A stretch of 64,000 bases of DNA from Epithemia pelagica (lineage: Eukaryota; Protista; Bacillariophyta). The stretch is from assembly GCA_946965045.2 (NCBI GenBank), contig OX337229.1, positions 5,642,001-5,706,000 on the forward strand. Direction: 5' to 3'. The notes below the pieces were generated by a model that had not been told where the DNA came from, did no database searches, and was given only the letters and a program-made list of their open reading frames with translations. Position 1 is the first letter of the stretch. Every line of letters starts with the position of its first letter. The translations under genes were made by a program, and so were the position numbers. Of this stretch, positions 22,615 to 34,524 are shown piece after piece.

Positions 22615-24136
22615 ATGGTTTCGACGACGATACCTTTTATTTTCCTTTGTGTGCTGACCTTTCAGGTTGATGGTTTTTCCCCTTATTCGACGACTCGTCG
22701 ACAATCGTTGATTTCGACGGTCCCTGATGATCGACGATTGACAATGAGAACCACTCCAACATTTCTGTCCTTGGCCACAGTCAACACCACTTCGATTGTC
22801 ATGGACCCGCCCAACTCTCGCTTTGACCGAACGGCAAACCGCCAAATGAGGACAGAAGAAGAATGTATTCTACTGATTGACGGAAAACGATACAACATGA
22901 CAGCCTGGGCAAAGGCGCATCCTGGTGGTGTCAATGTGCTTCGCAAATTTCATAACAAGGATGCATCCAAGGCCTTTCATGCTTCTGCGCACTCCTCTGC
23001 GGCCTATGCTATGCTCCAAGAGTTTGAGATTGTCAATGATGAAGAAAGCAGTCTCTCCCTCATTTCGCCGACGTCGTCGACGGATACGCCGGTGCAAGAT
23101 CAATTAAGTATCACGACGTCCCCCAAGACAAGTTCGCTCCAGCGTAAGCGACCACGTTGGCAACAAAAGCTATTTACAAAAGAAGACCCCATTGGTGTTC
23201 ACAAGTACCTAGGCATTTTCTGCCTTTTGGTAAGTCGTATGTCTGTCAAATCCTAACCGTCGTGAATGACAAATCTTGTCGCACTCAAGTTGCTCACGAT
23301 TCACTGCGACCGCGCATTTGATTTTTCTGTAGAACTTTGCCTATCGTTTCGGACACATGTACTTTGGAGATCATACGGCTGGGTTTGGTTCATCCACCAC
23401 CTCCGTGTTGCCCGTTCTGACTTTGGTTCCACATGCGTTGCTATCGCTCACCAGTCTTATCTTCCATACCGTCCCCCGCGAACGTGTTGTTGGAAAACCC
23501 ATGATATGGAAAGAGTATCGTATCCACAACATTGCCTTTGGTCTCCGCAGTGTCATTTGCGGCTTTTTGGCCTGGATGTCGGTGCACTACTCCCCGCAAT
23601 ATCCCGTTCTCCGTCATGTGGCCGTTGTGGGGAGTGGTTTGACGGCATTGGCGACCATTGGGGTGGCGGAAATTGGAACGCGTCGACTTCAGCCGAGTAA
23701 GATTGAATCCACGACCGCCACCATGCCTTATTGGGAAGGATGTTCGCTTCAAACGCAACGCCGTTTCAAAATGTTTTATGCCTATTCACAGTTTATGGCC
23801 ACCATGGCATGTATTGTTGTGGCCAACCCAATTTGGCCCCTGTCCGTTCTCTTGGCTATTCAGTCGGCGTCCCTACTGATGACATTGGTTCGGAAAGGAA
23901 TCCTCTCTGCCAAGGGGTACCATATCGGTTACACCATCACTCTGGCAATGCCATACCTCGCCGTTCTCCGAAATGGTGCGGTCATGGGTCATTGGTTCTT
24001 TCCCTTCACATTGTCTCTCGCTGGCGTTTTGTTCTCGTTGCGTCGCCGTGGAATCAGCAAGTTTGCTCTTTGGGTTCCGGTGGTCATTGCACGAATCTTG
24101 GTTGGAGATCGAATCATACCATTTGATGTATGGTAA
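22615..24136 (+). CDS. Cytochrome b5-like heme domain fused to an uncharacterised multi-pass membrane domain; probable bipartite plastid presequence; 2 exons
   Basis: Exons 22615-23229 and 23333-24136 (GTAAGT...TGTAG, in frame). Cyt b5 motif WAKAHPGG...FHASAHS. Signal peptide ends VDG-FSP. About 7 hydrophobic segments. Confidence 0.8.
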
Positions 24137-24322
24137 ACCTCAGACAATCAAACCATAGTGTCGAAATGAATCTAGTAGTGAGTTCGGGTACGCCCCCAAT
24201 CATTCCGACACGAGTCCAGTATTGATACGTAACGACCGTCTAGGAGTTTTAGTCAAGCTAGCAAGAGCTCCTCACCATCCAGATAAGTCTTAGGTTGTGA
24301 AAGAGGCAAGAAGACAACATGA

Positions 24323-25684
24323 TTACCGAACCAATAGCTTTCCTAAAGCGCCGTTGTCGGCATGCGGAGAGACGTTGTAGTCGCTTTCAATTTCAAGTGA
24401 CGTTGAAGAATAGAAAGGGGTCGAGACTCTTCGAACGAAACATTTTTCAGAAATCTCTGGGGTTCTGGGGTCGCCACTATGTGATTCTTCTTCCAACTGA
24501 GTCATGCTATCTGGTGCTGTAGACTGTGTGTTGGGTCGGAGCGTCGACAGTGCCTCCTCCAGTGAGCAGTTGAGCGCTCCCAAGCGACTCATGGCTTGTA
24601 CATAACCCTCAAAGGCCTCTATTCGTTGGTTGTACTTGTGCCACATGTAAGAGAGAAGAATAGCAGTGGTAGAAAATTTGGGCAAGTTGGAGTTTCGATC
24701 GTTGCGAAAGCCCAACTCGTAGACCAAAAGACACCGAGCCAACGTCTTGGCAAACTCCTTTCTGCTTGCTCGTTCGTTTCGAACAGCGGCCTCGACTGAG
24801 CGCAGTTCCTGTCCAAGACTCATGCGATTGCACTGTTGACGAAGATCGGATACCAGGACCGAACCAGCCCCCTGCCGCGGCGCCAGTGCCTCGTCCTGTT
24901 TCTGCCGTTGAGACTCAGTGAGCGCCTTGCGAGTCTTGTCCCTCTGGTCCTTCAACTCTTGGATTACGATACGATATGTGTCATGATTTCCAATGTCATG
25001 ATACAAAGCTTTGGCCAACTTTTGTTGAATAGCAGCAGCAGTACTCGGAGTATGAATACTCGGAGTGAGAATGGTTCGAAGCCGCTCCAGGGTCTCAAAG
25101 AATCCTCCAATCATGCAAGGCGTCAGGTGCGCTCCCACATTATGCCGGCCTCTTTTTGCATGTGACTGTGAGATCAACTGAATGGCTCCTCCCAACTTCA
25201 TTTCGAACAGCGAGTGCACCAAATCAATCGCAGGCTCATGCCGTCGTCCTCTTGTCGGAAATTGATACAAGTCATGGACCAATCGGCTGCAAATAAAGAA
25301 TTTACCTTGTAAGGGAGAATAGTGTCGGAATCGAGGACAAAAGAGATCATGAAGGGTTTCCAGCTCAGCCACGGACGTGTCTGCTTCAATGGAATCCAGA
25401 AGGTCCAAAGCTCGGTCTGGTGTTTCTTCGTGTGCTATTATTGGAGCAGATGGGTGTCGCCTTTTGGCAAAATTGAGAATCGATGAGGCTGTCCGATTCA
25501 CAATCATCATCAAGGGTCGGAAAAGAATGGATCGAACTGTCACGAGAAGATTACCATGATGTTGGGGCTTGCCATTCTGGAACCTGGTTGCCACTGCAGC
25601 ATTCCTGGTTCGGTATAGTGTATCATCTTCGTCTTGATCGAACGAACTGAAGGACTGTGGTTGTTCATGTTGTGGTGGTGTCAT
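24323..25684 (-). CDS. Hypothetical protein (453 aa) with central coiled-coil
   Basis: Long ATG-initiated ORF with coding-like composition. No motif recognised. Confidence 0.6.
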   Translation of the reverse strand: MTPPQHEQPQSFSSFDQDEDDTLYRTRNAAVATRFQNGKPQHHGNLLVTVRSILFRPLMMIVNRTASSILNFAKRRHPSAPIIAHEETPDRALDLLDSIEADTSVAELETLHDLFCPRFRHYSPLQGKFFICSRLVHDLYQFPTRGRRHEPAIDLVHSLFEMKLGGAIQLISQSHAKRGRHNVGAHLTPCMIGGFFETLERLRTILTPSIHTPSTAAAIQQKLAKALYHDIGNHDTYRIVIQELKDQRDKTRKALTESQRQKQDEALAPRQGAGSVLVSDLRQQCNRMSLGQELRSVEAAVRNERASRKEFAKTLARCLLVYELGFRNDRNSNLPKFSTTAILLSYMWHKYNQRIEAFEGYVQAMSRLGALNCSLEEALSTLRPNTQSTAPDSMTQLEEESHSGDPRTPEISEKCFVRRVSTPFYSSTSLEIESDYNVSPHADNGALGKLLVR

Positions 25685-26756
25685 GATATGGAAGCTCTAC
25701 TACAGGTTTGTTTGCGTGTTGTTTGCTGTGCTTTGCAATGCTGTGAAAATATGAGACCATGATGTGGAGAGTGGATGGAGCGAGTCATGATTGTGTTCTA
25801 TCGAATGCACATCCATCATCTCCATTCGTCTTCTGTCGTGTTTGTTTCGCTTCGTGCTCCAACGTTCCTGGATCTTCTTGTGCGGAAGTGTCGAGAGTCG
25901 AGAGTCGCGAACTCCCTCTTCCCAACGCACGGGGCACGATTATCATCTGTCCCACGACTGGATGAGGCTATTGTAATCATTCCATTCAAAAACATATTAT
26001 TGTATTGCCCTTATCCCCCGGCGGATCGAGTCTTCCGTTCTCACAAAACTCTCATTGCACACTTTTTTCTGATGGGTTTTGTTGGTTGTTGGTATCTCGA
26101 CTATCCCCACTCCCGCCACACACACCTGCGCAACACCCAGTGGATCGGGACGAAAACACCACAATGGCATCTGTCACAATCGCCTCTAGCATATGAAAAT
26201 ATGGAGGATGGATGTACAGAACAAACAATAGAAGAAGCAGATATGGTAGAAGGGGACCTTGTAGTACGAAACCATACAGAGATGATGCTGACTGGCCAAA
26301 TCATGCGAGGGCATCATCAAGGTGCCATGTGGGTCGTTGCCCGTCAACACAGAGCTAGAGCTTTTTGGTCCTGGTATGCAGCGTAGCATAGAAATTGCGA
26401 CGACCATCACTGCCACGGGAAGGCATGCAGCATGGGTGAAAGCCAATTCCTGGCCACTAAGCGACCATAATCATCCAAACCAACATATGCCACACTGGAG
26501 CAACGACTCCTAAAATAGATGAACGAAAGAGACTCTCAAATTTCCTCTTCCGTGACAGAAAAGAAGAATGGTGGACACATCTGTTTCATTTCATGTGCCG
26601 GGGAAAATGACCAGCAAGTTCAATCCAAAGAGACCCGAAAACAGAAATATCGCATTTAACTTATAGTATTGTTTTAGGAGTACTGAGACTATCAAGAACG
26701 TTTGATCACTTCATTGCCAACATGAATTTTGAATTTTCCCTAAAGAAGCTGAGATT

Positions 26757-28127
26757 TTACTTTTCGTCCCCCACAATCAGTTGTTCCAACTTGTGTAGTC
26801 GACTTTCCAGCCTTTTGTTCGTCTCAACCTGCCTCTTGTTCTCCTCGACCTGCCTTTTGTTCGTCTCAACCTGCCTCTTGTTCGTCTCAACCTGTCTCTT
26901 GTTCTCCTCGACCAGCATCTTGTTCTCCTCAACCAGCTTCTTGTTCAACTCAAAAAGTTGTTCTAGAGAATTTGTGGCACCAGCTTTCCACTTCTCAATC
27001 TGGTCAACACGATTTAAAAGTGGCAAAACTTTGTCCTCCTTCTTGTTCATAGTACGAACCTTGTTTTGTTCTTTCTTCTCCGTCAACGCAAGATATTCGC
27101 AAGTATCTTCTTCGTAACTACTAATGGCTAAAATGCCATTGGAAATGACAACCATGCTACCATGATTCCGTTCTGTCGTCATAGATGGAAGCTTCCACAT
27201 GACGCGTTGTTCAGTGTCCATGACTTCGACGGATGACAATCCTTCATCGTCTCTATTCAACCCCCCTGCAACAACGAGACAGGATCCCATCTTGACTACA
27301 CAGTGTTGACATCGATCAGTGTCAAGAGCAAGCTCCTCTTGTATCTTCCAGGACTTGGTCGATGGAAAAACTGATGTTACAGTTACATCTGCATGGTTTG
27401 AACAGTCCTCAAACTCCATGTATTCGACAGGTAACTTTTCTCTGGACAGTTCCCCACCAACAACATAGATTCGCTGGCCAATCACAGCCATTCCAAAACA
27501 CCACCGTCCTATGTTCAAAGATGGCCCAGAGACGACAGCACATCGACTTTTGGATGCAGTGTCAATGATGTCTACAGATGACAACGATAAGTTGGCGTTA
27601 TCATCGTATCCACCAACCACAACGATGAATCTGTCCTGTACAGCAGCAGCGGCACACCCTGATCGTTTCGTAGACAAACGGCAATCCAACGTCTTCCATC
27701 GACTCGTTGTGCTGTTGGCACCTGGTGCGTGAAGCAAATCTCCAACTTGAATTGATTCAACAGTGTCTAGGTCGTCGTCATTGTCTCCACATCCACCAAT
27801 GACGAAAAGAGTACCATTGCAAACTACACTGGCAAACTTATCCCTCTTTTCGTTTAGGCGTGGTCCCTCTCGCCACTTTTTGTCAGTTTCGTTCACATTC
27901 AAAAGAAGAACCGAATTGGACACCTGTTCCTCTGCTTTCTCTCCGCCCATTACCACAACAATCTCCTCGTCGTTCCTGTCCGGATGCTTCACAACTACCG
28001 ACGCGTGACCATAACGCCAACCTCCCTAAAGTGGAGGCCAATTGGATGATTGCCATTGCGGTTCTTGACGGTTGTCACAGTCGTCAAGGACCAATCCGGA
28101 TTTGAGGGCTTGCTCTTGGATCCTCAT
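26757..28127 (-). pseudogene. Kelch-repeat beta-propeller protein with C-terminal heptad coiled-coil, interrupted by an in-frame TAG at codon 34
   Basis: ATG at 28127 gives MRIQEQALK...NWPPL*GGWRYGHASVVVKHPD. The stop is at 28028-28026 and the frame then continues 411+ aa with several Kelch blades (GG...W...P.L...R...A). Confidence 0.65.
26815..26946. repeat. 21-bp coding minisatellite (6 full units) encoding heptads V-E-[ET]-N-K-[RM]-[QL]
   Basis: Units such as TTGTTCGTCTCAACCTGCCTC and TTGTTCTCCTCGACCTGCCTT in tandem. Confidence 0.95.
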
Positions 28128-28559
28128 GTGCAATACTACGCTTCCGCTTCGTCAGGTCTTCTGATTCTGAGGCTCACTGGCAACGAGGTCTCCAAAAACT
28201 GGAAAGGCCGTTCTCTCAGCCAAAGAATCATGATCACATCATGAAAGTCGGATTTCTCTGCATCATCACGCTTCCCGTCGTTTGACGGCTGACGAAAAAT
28301 CTCACGAGCGCCTTTTCTCGTACTGCGGACGGACGGCGAGTCCCACAAGGACTGGAAAAATCATGGAAGGTTTGTACTCTAAAAAGCCGAAAAGACTGAC
28401 AGAATCTTTGGAAAAAAGATGAGCTGGACTTTTTTTTTGCCCGGCGAAAGTAATGTCTTCACCCACCGATCTCGAGTTCTACCATCGGCAATCGACAGAG
28501 GTTGGCAATCCAACAAGCACAACAGGAACTACCAAACTGAGTGATTAATCAAGGAAACA

Positions 28560-29879
28560 ATGTTGGGGTCTATCGCACGATCGGTGTCGGCCTCAAGGCA
28601 GGGCTCGAGACAAATGGTACGTTCTATCCAGATTGCAGTCAGTCTGGGAAATCCAATGTCGGCGTCGAAACTTTGGTCCTACGGCCCGACCCATGCGATC
28701 GGCATGTTGCTAGTTCTCTGCTGGAATGATCGCCCTTCCACAATGAACAATATCATGATTTTCATTGTTTTGATCCGGATAAACTCTGCTCTCATATTTT
28801 GTCTTTTATGTCCACTTGCTGTTTGCTACTATATGGATTCTTGTTGCAATCTTTTCTAGATTCGCAGCATGGCCACCATTGACATGGCGGTACGTGATGC
28901 TATTAACCAAGGCATTGATGAAGAAATGGCCAAGGATCCCAATATTTTTATCATTGGTGAGGAGGTAGCCCAGTACCAAGGTGCCTACAAAGTCACCAAA
29001 GGCTTGTACGACAAGTACGGCGATCAGCGTGTCATTGATACACCCATTACGGAAATGGGTTTCACTGGATTGGCCGTGGGAGCTGCCTACTCGGACCTAA
29101 AGCCCATTGTTGAATTCATGACCATGAATTTTTCCATGCAAGCGATTGATCAGGTCATCAATAGTGCCGCCAAACAATTCTACATGAGTGCCGGTGATAT
29201 GGCGTGTCCCATTGTCTTTCGAGGCCCCAATGGCCACAGTGCTGGAACGGCCGCTCAGCACTCGCAGTGTTTTGCTGCCTGGTACAGTTCTGTTCCGGGC
29301 CTCAAAGTGGTGTCCCCCTATTCGTCGGAAGATGCCAAGGGGTTGATCAAAGCGGCCATTCGCGATCCCAACCCCGTCATGGTTTTGGAACACGAACTCA
29401 TGTACGGTGTTTCTTTCCCAATGAGTGACGAAGCGCAATCGAGTGATTTTGTCATATCCATTGGCAAGGCCAAATTCGAAAAAGAAGGAACGGATGTCAC
29501 ACTTATTTCCTTTAGCAAACAGGTTGGCACTTGCATTGAAGCCGCGGAAGTAATGGCAACCAAGGGCGTTTCGGTTGAGGTGATCAATTTGCTCACCTTG
29601 CGGCCCTTGGACCGTCGGGCCATTATCGAATCGGCCATGAAAACGGGACGTGTTGTGTGCGTGGAACAAGGCTGGCCGCAATGTGGTATTTCTTCGGAAA
29701 TTGCGGCCATTTTGATGGAATCGGAAGCCTTCAACTATTTGGATGCACCCATGGAACGTGTAACGGGTGCCGATGTGCCCATGCCCTATGCCACGGAATT
29801 GGAAATTGCGGCTCTTCCGCAAGTGGAGGATATTGTCGCTGCTATTGAACGAACTACCTTCCGCAAACTGGCTGCCTAG
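28560..29879 (+). CDS. PDHB: Pyruvate dehydrogenase E1 beta subunit, mitochondrial; 2 exons
   Basis: Exon 28560-28616 encodes an Arg/Ser-rich presequence. Intron 28617-28859, exon 28860-29879. Motifs [34 protein letters not shown] and [11 protein letters not shown]. Confidence 0.96.
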
Positions 29880-30067
29880 GTAGGCTGTTGGTACATGGCT
29901 GCCCGTTGCTTGGTGTCTCTAGAAGCAGTTCTCTAATCTTAAAGTGCTAGCTAGAGGCTTGGTTCCTTCTCTTCTTGTTGGCCATGGAGGTGTCTAGCAA
30001 GGGCAGCATTGGCATGGGTCTTTGCGAGCCAAATGGCGCTCACGTCATTGTCGATTGTCGATTGTGA

Positions 30068-32617
30068 ATGCTACTCTCTATATTATGTAGGAGCTATGCA
30101 TCCTTCCCCCCATTAATGCGACCAAAAGCTTTCGTCAGTCGCTTGTGGGTCGTCAACTGTGCTGACATCAACTCTTCATTTTTTGTGGCACACCCACCAC
30201 AGAATGTCTGCCATCGTCGTCCAACGGAGTTCATGTGGTCTCCATCCATCCTCTTTGTGGGTGCATTTGTGGTTCGACCCACACGACGCTACCACCCATC
30301 CAATGGAGGCTTTCGAGAGGCTCGACCGTTCCATCCTCTGGCACTGCCGATGACAACTCCCTCCGACGGGGGTGGTTCGACCGTGTCCACCGCCACCATG
30401 GACGTGTCGTCGTCCAGCACTAGAATAGCAAGCAATGCCGAATCATCCGAGATGAATGAACTGGATGTCCTGTATCGCATGGTTGCTGCCTGTGATCCAG
30501 AGTGGTTCCATGAATATGTCGTCTCAACCATGACGACCGAATCGCATTCAACGACGAACCACATCGAAACCAGTGATTCTTCGTTTAATTTGACACTACT
30601 GATTGAAGAGTTTCAACGAGGGGACATTCCACCAATCGAGGATTTCGACCTCATTGCCTCAGAAGCAAATGTCGCGAATGATACTGTGTCGTCGCAAACT
30701 GAAATCGAGTCGACCACAGAAGCGAATAGTATGGTTGCTCAGGAACAAATGATGGAGAACACGGCTGTTTCAGCAGAAAAACAGCATTCATCTCAAGTCT
30801 CTGATGCTGCAGATGAAACATTTGTAATCCCTGGATCCTCGGACGACACATTAGTCGGAGACAAAGTCCAAGTAGTGTCCTTACACGATAGCAATCCTGA
30901 CGAGGATTCAAATCCCCTGTCCATGAGAGGATCTGACAACGAAAACGTGGAATCCAATGTGTCTACAGATTTGGAACCGCAACATATTACTCAAACGGAA
31001 CCAGCGCCAAATGAGGAGTTGGAGGATGTGGACGCAGCCATGACGGATCCACGTTTGGAGGAGGAGGAAGAGGAGGAAGAGGAAGAAGAGATTCAACACT
31101 CTGGATTGGAGCAGCCTGAGGCAGCTCCAACAACAGTGATACAACAAGCTTCATTGGAGCAAGCGAATCAAGGTTCTAATGAGAGGGAACCTCTGGAGGA
31201 GAGAGCGACAGGCGATATCGCTCTGAACGAGACCAAAGCACAAAATACTCGCGAACTATCCTCAACACCCGAACCAGCGACTATAGAATCAGGGTGGAAG
31301 CAAGACCCTTTTCCACCATCCACAAAACACGATACACCAAAGGAGGAGGCACATGGAGGTTCATCCGCACCGTCCTTGGACGAGAAACTCAGTGCTTCAA
31401 GTAAGACGACTTTGGACGAGGAGATTGCAAAGGAACAAACTCGTCGTCTCGTCGTCTATCGTATTCCCCAATCTTTGAAATACAAAAAGATTCCCTTGGT
31501 AGCAATGGAAAATCTTGGCTACAGTGAAACAGAAATCTTGTCATTGGACCCAGAAGCGTTGGCATCCATTTGGTCCAACAAGGTACGTCGACCTCAGCTT
31601 GGTATACCACCCCGATGGAAGGGTCGTCCATCATTACCAAACTTGGTGCAGATTGTCAACGAGTCACAAGAAGAAGCATTCGCAACCCTGGAAACTGCCA
31701 AAGAGGACACGCAGCAAACACTTTCGGGGGATTCTGCGACAATGGAGGAAACCACCAATGCGACGGCAGCCAACTCGACACGGGTTGTCCTGTATAAAAG
31801 GGGCTCTGTTTACAACAAGATTCCGATGGATCGATTAGAGTCCATGGGTTATACCGAGAAGGATATCCTCAACCTTCGACCGAGTGCGTTGGATATCATT
31901 CTAGCAGAAAAAGTCCAGAAACCCAAGAGTGGCGTACCGGGACGATGGATGTTCAAGAATCGAGCTTCCAAGTCTACGGCAAGCACGGTACAGATCATGG
32001 ATTCAACGCAAGCCTTGGAATTCCTCAAAGACGTCAAAAGTGATGATATTCCGACCACCACCATGAACAATCTGAGGTCCGCAGTCGCCGATCCATCGTT
32101 GGAGAATGATCGTGAGAGCCGCCGAGCTCGAGAACGTACCTCCGCGTCCCAGACCAGGTCAACCAAGGAGAGACGAGAACGGAGACCACGATCGTCGGTC
32201 CGGGAGGATGGTCAACGGAAACGAGTCTTTACAGGACGACCACCCGAAAACGAGATGCAACAACGACGACGCAACACCGATCCACCACCACCGGGATCCT
32301 TTTGGCCCGATATGGACTCTTTTCGTGATTTGCTTCGAGAGGAGGCCAAATTACGACTCGCCTTGGTGGGAGATGGCATGTCGGGATTTGTCAAACAAGA
32401 ATGTGATTGGCGATTGCAGCTCTACAAAGATTGGCTGTGGCTGTTGAATGATGGCATTGGGAACCCCATTGTAGAATCACGAAGTGACCGAGCACGACGC
32501 CTACAACGAGAAACAACAAATCCAACCAATACGAAAAGCAGAAAGCCGTCTACGAGAAGCAAGTACGCTCCGCGTTCCCCTCAAAACAAAGAGAAACGAA
32601 AACGAAATGTTTTGTAG
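30068..32617 (+). CDS. Hypothetical protein with acidic low-complexity middle and two copies of a ~60-aa domain; start uncertain (30068 or 30233)
   Basis: 849-aa ORF. Internal repeats at 31439-31618 and 31778-31948. Trp-rich C-terminal block FWPDMDSFRDLLREEAKLRL. Confidence 0.75.
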   Translation: MLLSILCRSYASFPPLMRPKAFVSRLWVVNCADINSSFFVAHPPQNVCHRRPTEFMWSPSILFVGAFVVRPTRRYHPSNGGFREARPFHPLALPMTTPSDGGGSTVSTATMDVSSSSTRIASNAESSEMNELDVLYRMVAACDPEWFHEYVVSTMTTESHSTTNHIETSDSSFNLTLLIEEFQRGDIPPIEDFDLIASEANVANDTVSSQTEIESTTEANSMVAQEQMMENTAVSAEKQHSSQVSDAADETFVIPGSSDDTLVGDKVQVVSLHDSNPDEDSNPLSMRGSDNENVESNVSTDLEPQHITQTEPAPNEELEDVDAAMTDPRLEEEEEEEEEEEIQHSGLEQPEAAPTTVIQQASLEQANQGSNEREPLEERATGDIALNETKAQNTRELSSTPEPATIESGWKQDPFPPSTKHDTPKEEAHGGSSAPSLDEKLSASSKTTLDEEIAKEQTRRLVVYRIPQSLKYKKIPLVAMENLGYSETEILSLDPEALASIWSNKVRRPQLGIPPRWKGRPSLPNLVQIVNESQEEAFATLETAKEDTQQTLSGDSATMEETTNATAANSTRVVLYKRGSVYNKIPMDRLESMGYTEKDILNLRPSALDIILAEKVQKPKSGVPGRWMFKNRASKSTASTVQIMDSTQALEFLKDVKSDDIPTTTMNNLRSAVADPSLENDRESRRARERTSASQTRSTKERRERRPRSSVREDGQRKRVFTGRPPENEMQQRRRNTDPPPPGSFWPDMDSFRDLLREEAKLRLALVGDGMSGFVKQECDWRLQLYKDWLWLLNDGIGNPIVESRSDRARRLQRETTNPTNTKSRKPSTRSKYAPRSPQNKEKRKRNVL

Positions 32618-32979
32618 CAGCTCAAAGAAGCTCGTATTGTTTCGGTACCTTAACAAAGTGATGTTGGTGATCCCATTGTGTCTTCCCATGCTGACAAAGG
32701 GCAGCTGTAAACGGCAAACGTCTTTTTCTCTTTTCCTGCAATGTTTGGGATGGTGCGAATGAAGAATACATGTCATGCGATCAAGGCAAGTTCACAGGAT
32801 CGGACGGATATAATTTGCGACAAGTTCCAAAGCACACAAACGTCGAACCATCCGAGAGACCTAACAATCTAATCAAGAGACTCGTGGTACAGTTATCAAC
32901 GTGACAGCGCCGGAACGCACTACGGAGCATTGTAATTCCTACAATGTACTTAATGGTTGTGTCTAGATGTGTATGTATG

Positions 32980-34524
32980 TTACGCTTCGTATCGTTGTTG
33001 GAATTCATCTTGTTCACTGTAGTATTGGCAAAATTGATCCAATTCAAAGACATTTTCGATACTTCCCAAAAAGGTGGGCACCCGTTGATGAATGTCGGTG
33101 GGTTTGACATCGAGAATGCGACCAAATCCCGTCGATCCCGCGCCTCCGGCTTGTTCCAGAATCATGGCCATGGGATTGGATTCGTACAAGAGTCGTAATT
33201 TGCCCTGTCGATTGCGAAAGGTGGCGGGATACCCGTAAATGCCCCCATTGATCAAGACATTGTGGGTATCGGCCACCAAGGCCCCGACGTAGCGCGAAAT
33301 GGCCTTTTTGCGGGGAGCGTCTCCGCCGCCGCCGCCGCCACTACTACTCCCTCCTTCTTTGAGGGCATTGAGGTATCGTTGAATGGGTTCGTCAAAATCA
33401 CGAAAATTGGCTTCATTGAAACTGTACAAGGGACCGGACAAGGGTATTCGAATATCGGGATGGGTATGCAAAAATTTTCCCGAATCGGGATCCAAGGTAA
33501 AGCCATCGACGCCCGATCCCAACGTCAGGACCAGGACGGTCGTGGCGGAATACAAACAATAACCGGCCGCCACGAGGGCATTGCCATCTTGCAAAAAGGA
33601 TTGGTTGGTAATTTCCGTTCCGGGTGGAGGTCGATAAATGCCAAAAATACTCCCCACGGGAAGCGAGGCATCTATGTTTTGTGATCCATCCAAGGGATCA
33701 AAAACGGCCACGTATTCTCCCACGGCAAAGGCTGGATCATTCTACATCGGTACGATCATAGCATACAGAGAAACGAAACGCACGTACATCAGAAGCAACA
33801 AAGGAGACACACACACACACAACACAATGAGCCGAACAAAAGGCTTGGATTTTGACAAGACGCTGTTGACAGTTGTTGTTTGTTTGTTTGTTTGTTTGTT
33901 TTTGGAACAGTTTCTCGACGTACGTACCATGACTTGCGAACAACATTGTGGTTCATCTTCTTCTTCCGAGGCGACGGAATGAATGAATCGGGACGAGCCA
34001 CAAAAGGCGCGCAACAAAAAGTCATTGCACAAGACATCGAGTTTTTGTTGGACTTCTCCTTGAATATTGGTAATGTTGTCGCCATCCGAGTGGGCCGCAC
34101 CATACATGTCATCGGTTTGGGCCCGTTGGACAATGCGATTGATTTGTTTGCAGGCATTGGCCACGGCTTGCAAGACGGGTTCCAATCCCCGCAATTCGGC
34201 ACGTTTCCAACATTCCACTTCGAGATAGCGGGAAAATTGACGCAACTTCTTTTTGGTACCCAACGACGAAGCACTGTTGTTGTTGGTTGTTGTGGTGGAA
34301 CTCAGGGGATCCAAATCTCCCAAGGTGCTCATGGGTAATATCACCAGGGACTCTTGTCTTCTTGATTGTTCCATCCGTTTTGGAAGATGACGACGGCATG
34401 GTCTCCCCGGAAAGGTGCCGTGTCCAGCCACTACTGTTCTGGAAGCCTCCAACACCACAAAGGCATTGCTTGAAGGAGCCACCAATAGAGTCCAGAGTGT
34501 GACAAGGACCATGCTGTAGCACAT
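32980..34524 (-). CDS. Class I fructose-1,6-bisphosphatase, probably plastid-targeted; 2 exons
   Basis: Exons 34524-33928 and 33741-32980. Motifs QQKLDVLCN, SEEEDE, FDPLDGSQNID, RYVGALVAD and KLRLLYESNPMA. Signal peptide ends SNA-FVV. Confidence 0.9.

Noticed and set aside
25759-26513. 203-aa ORF and neighbours between the orphan and Kelch genes
   Set aside because: Atypical composition and no motifs; probably promoter or degenerate sequence.
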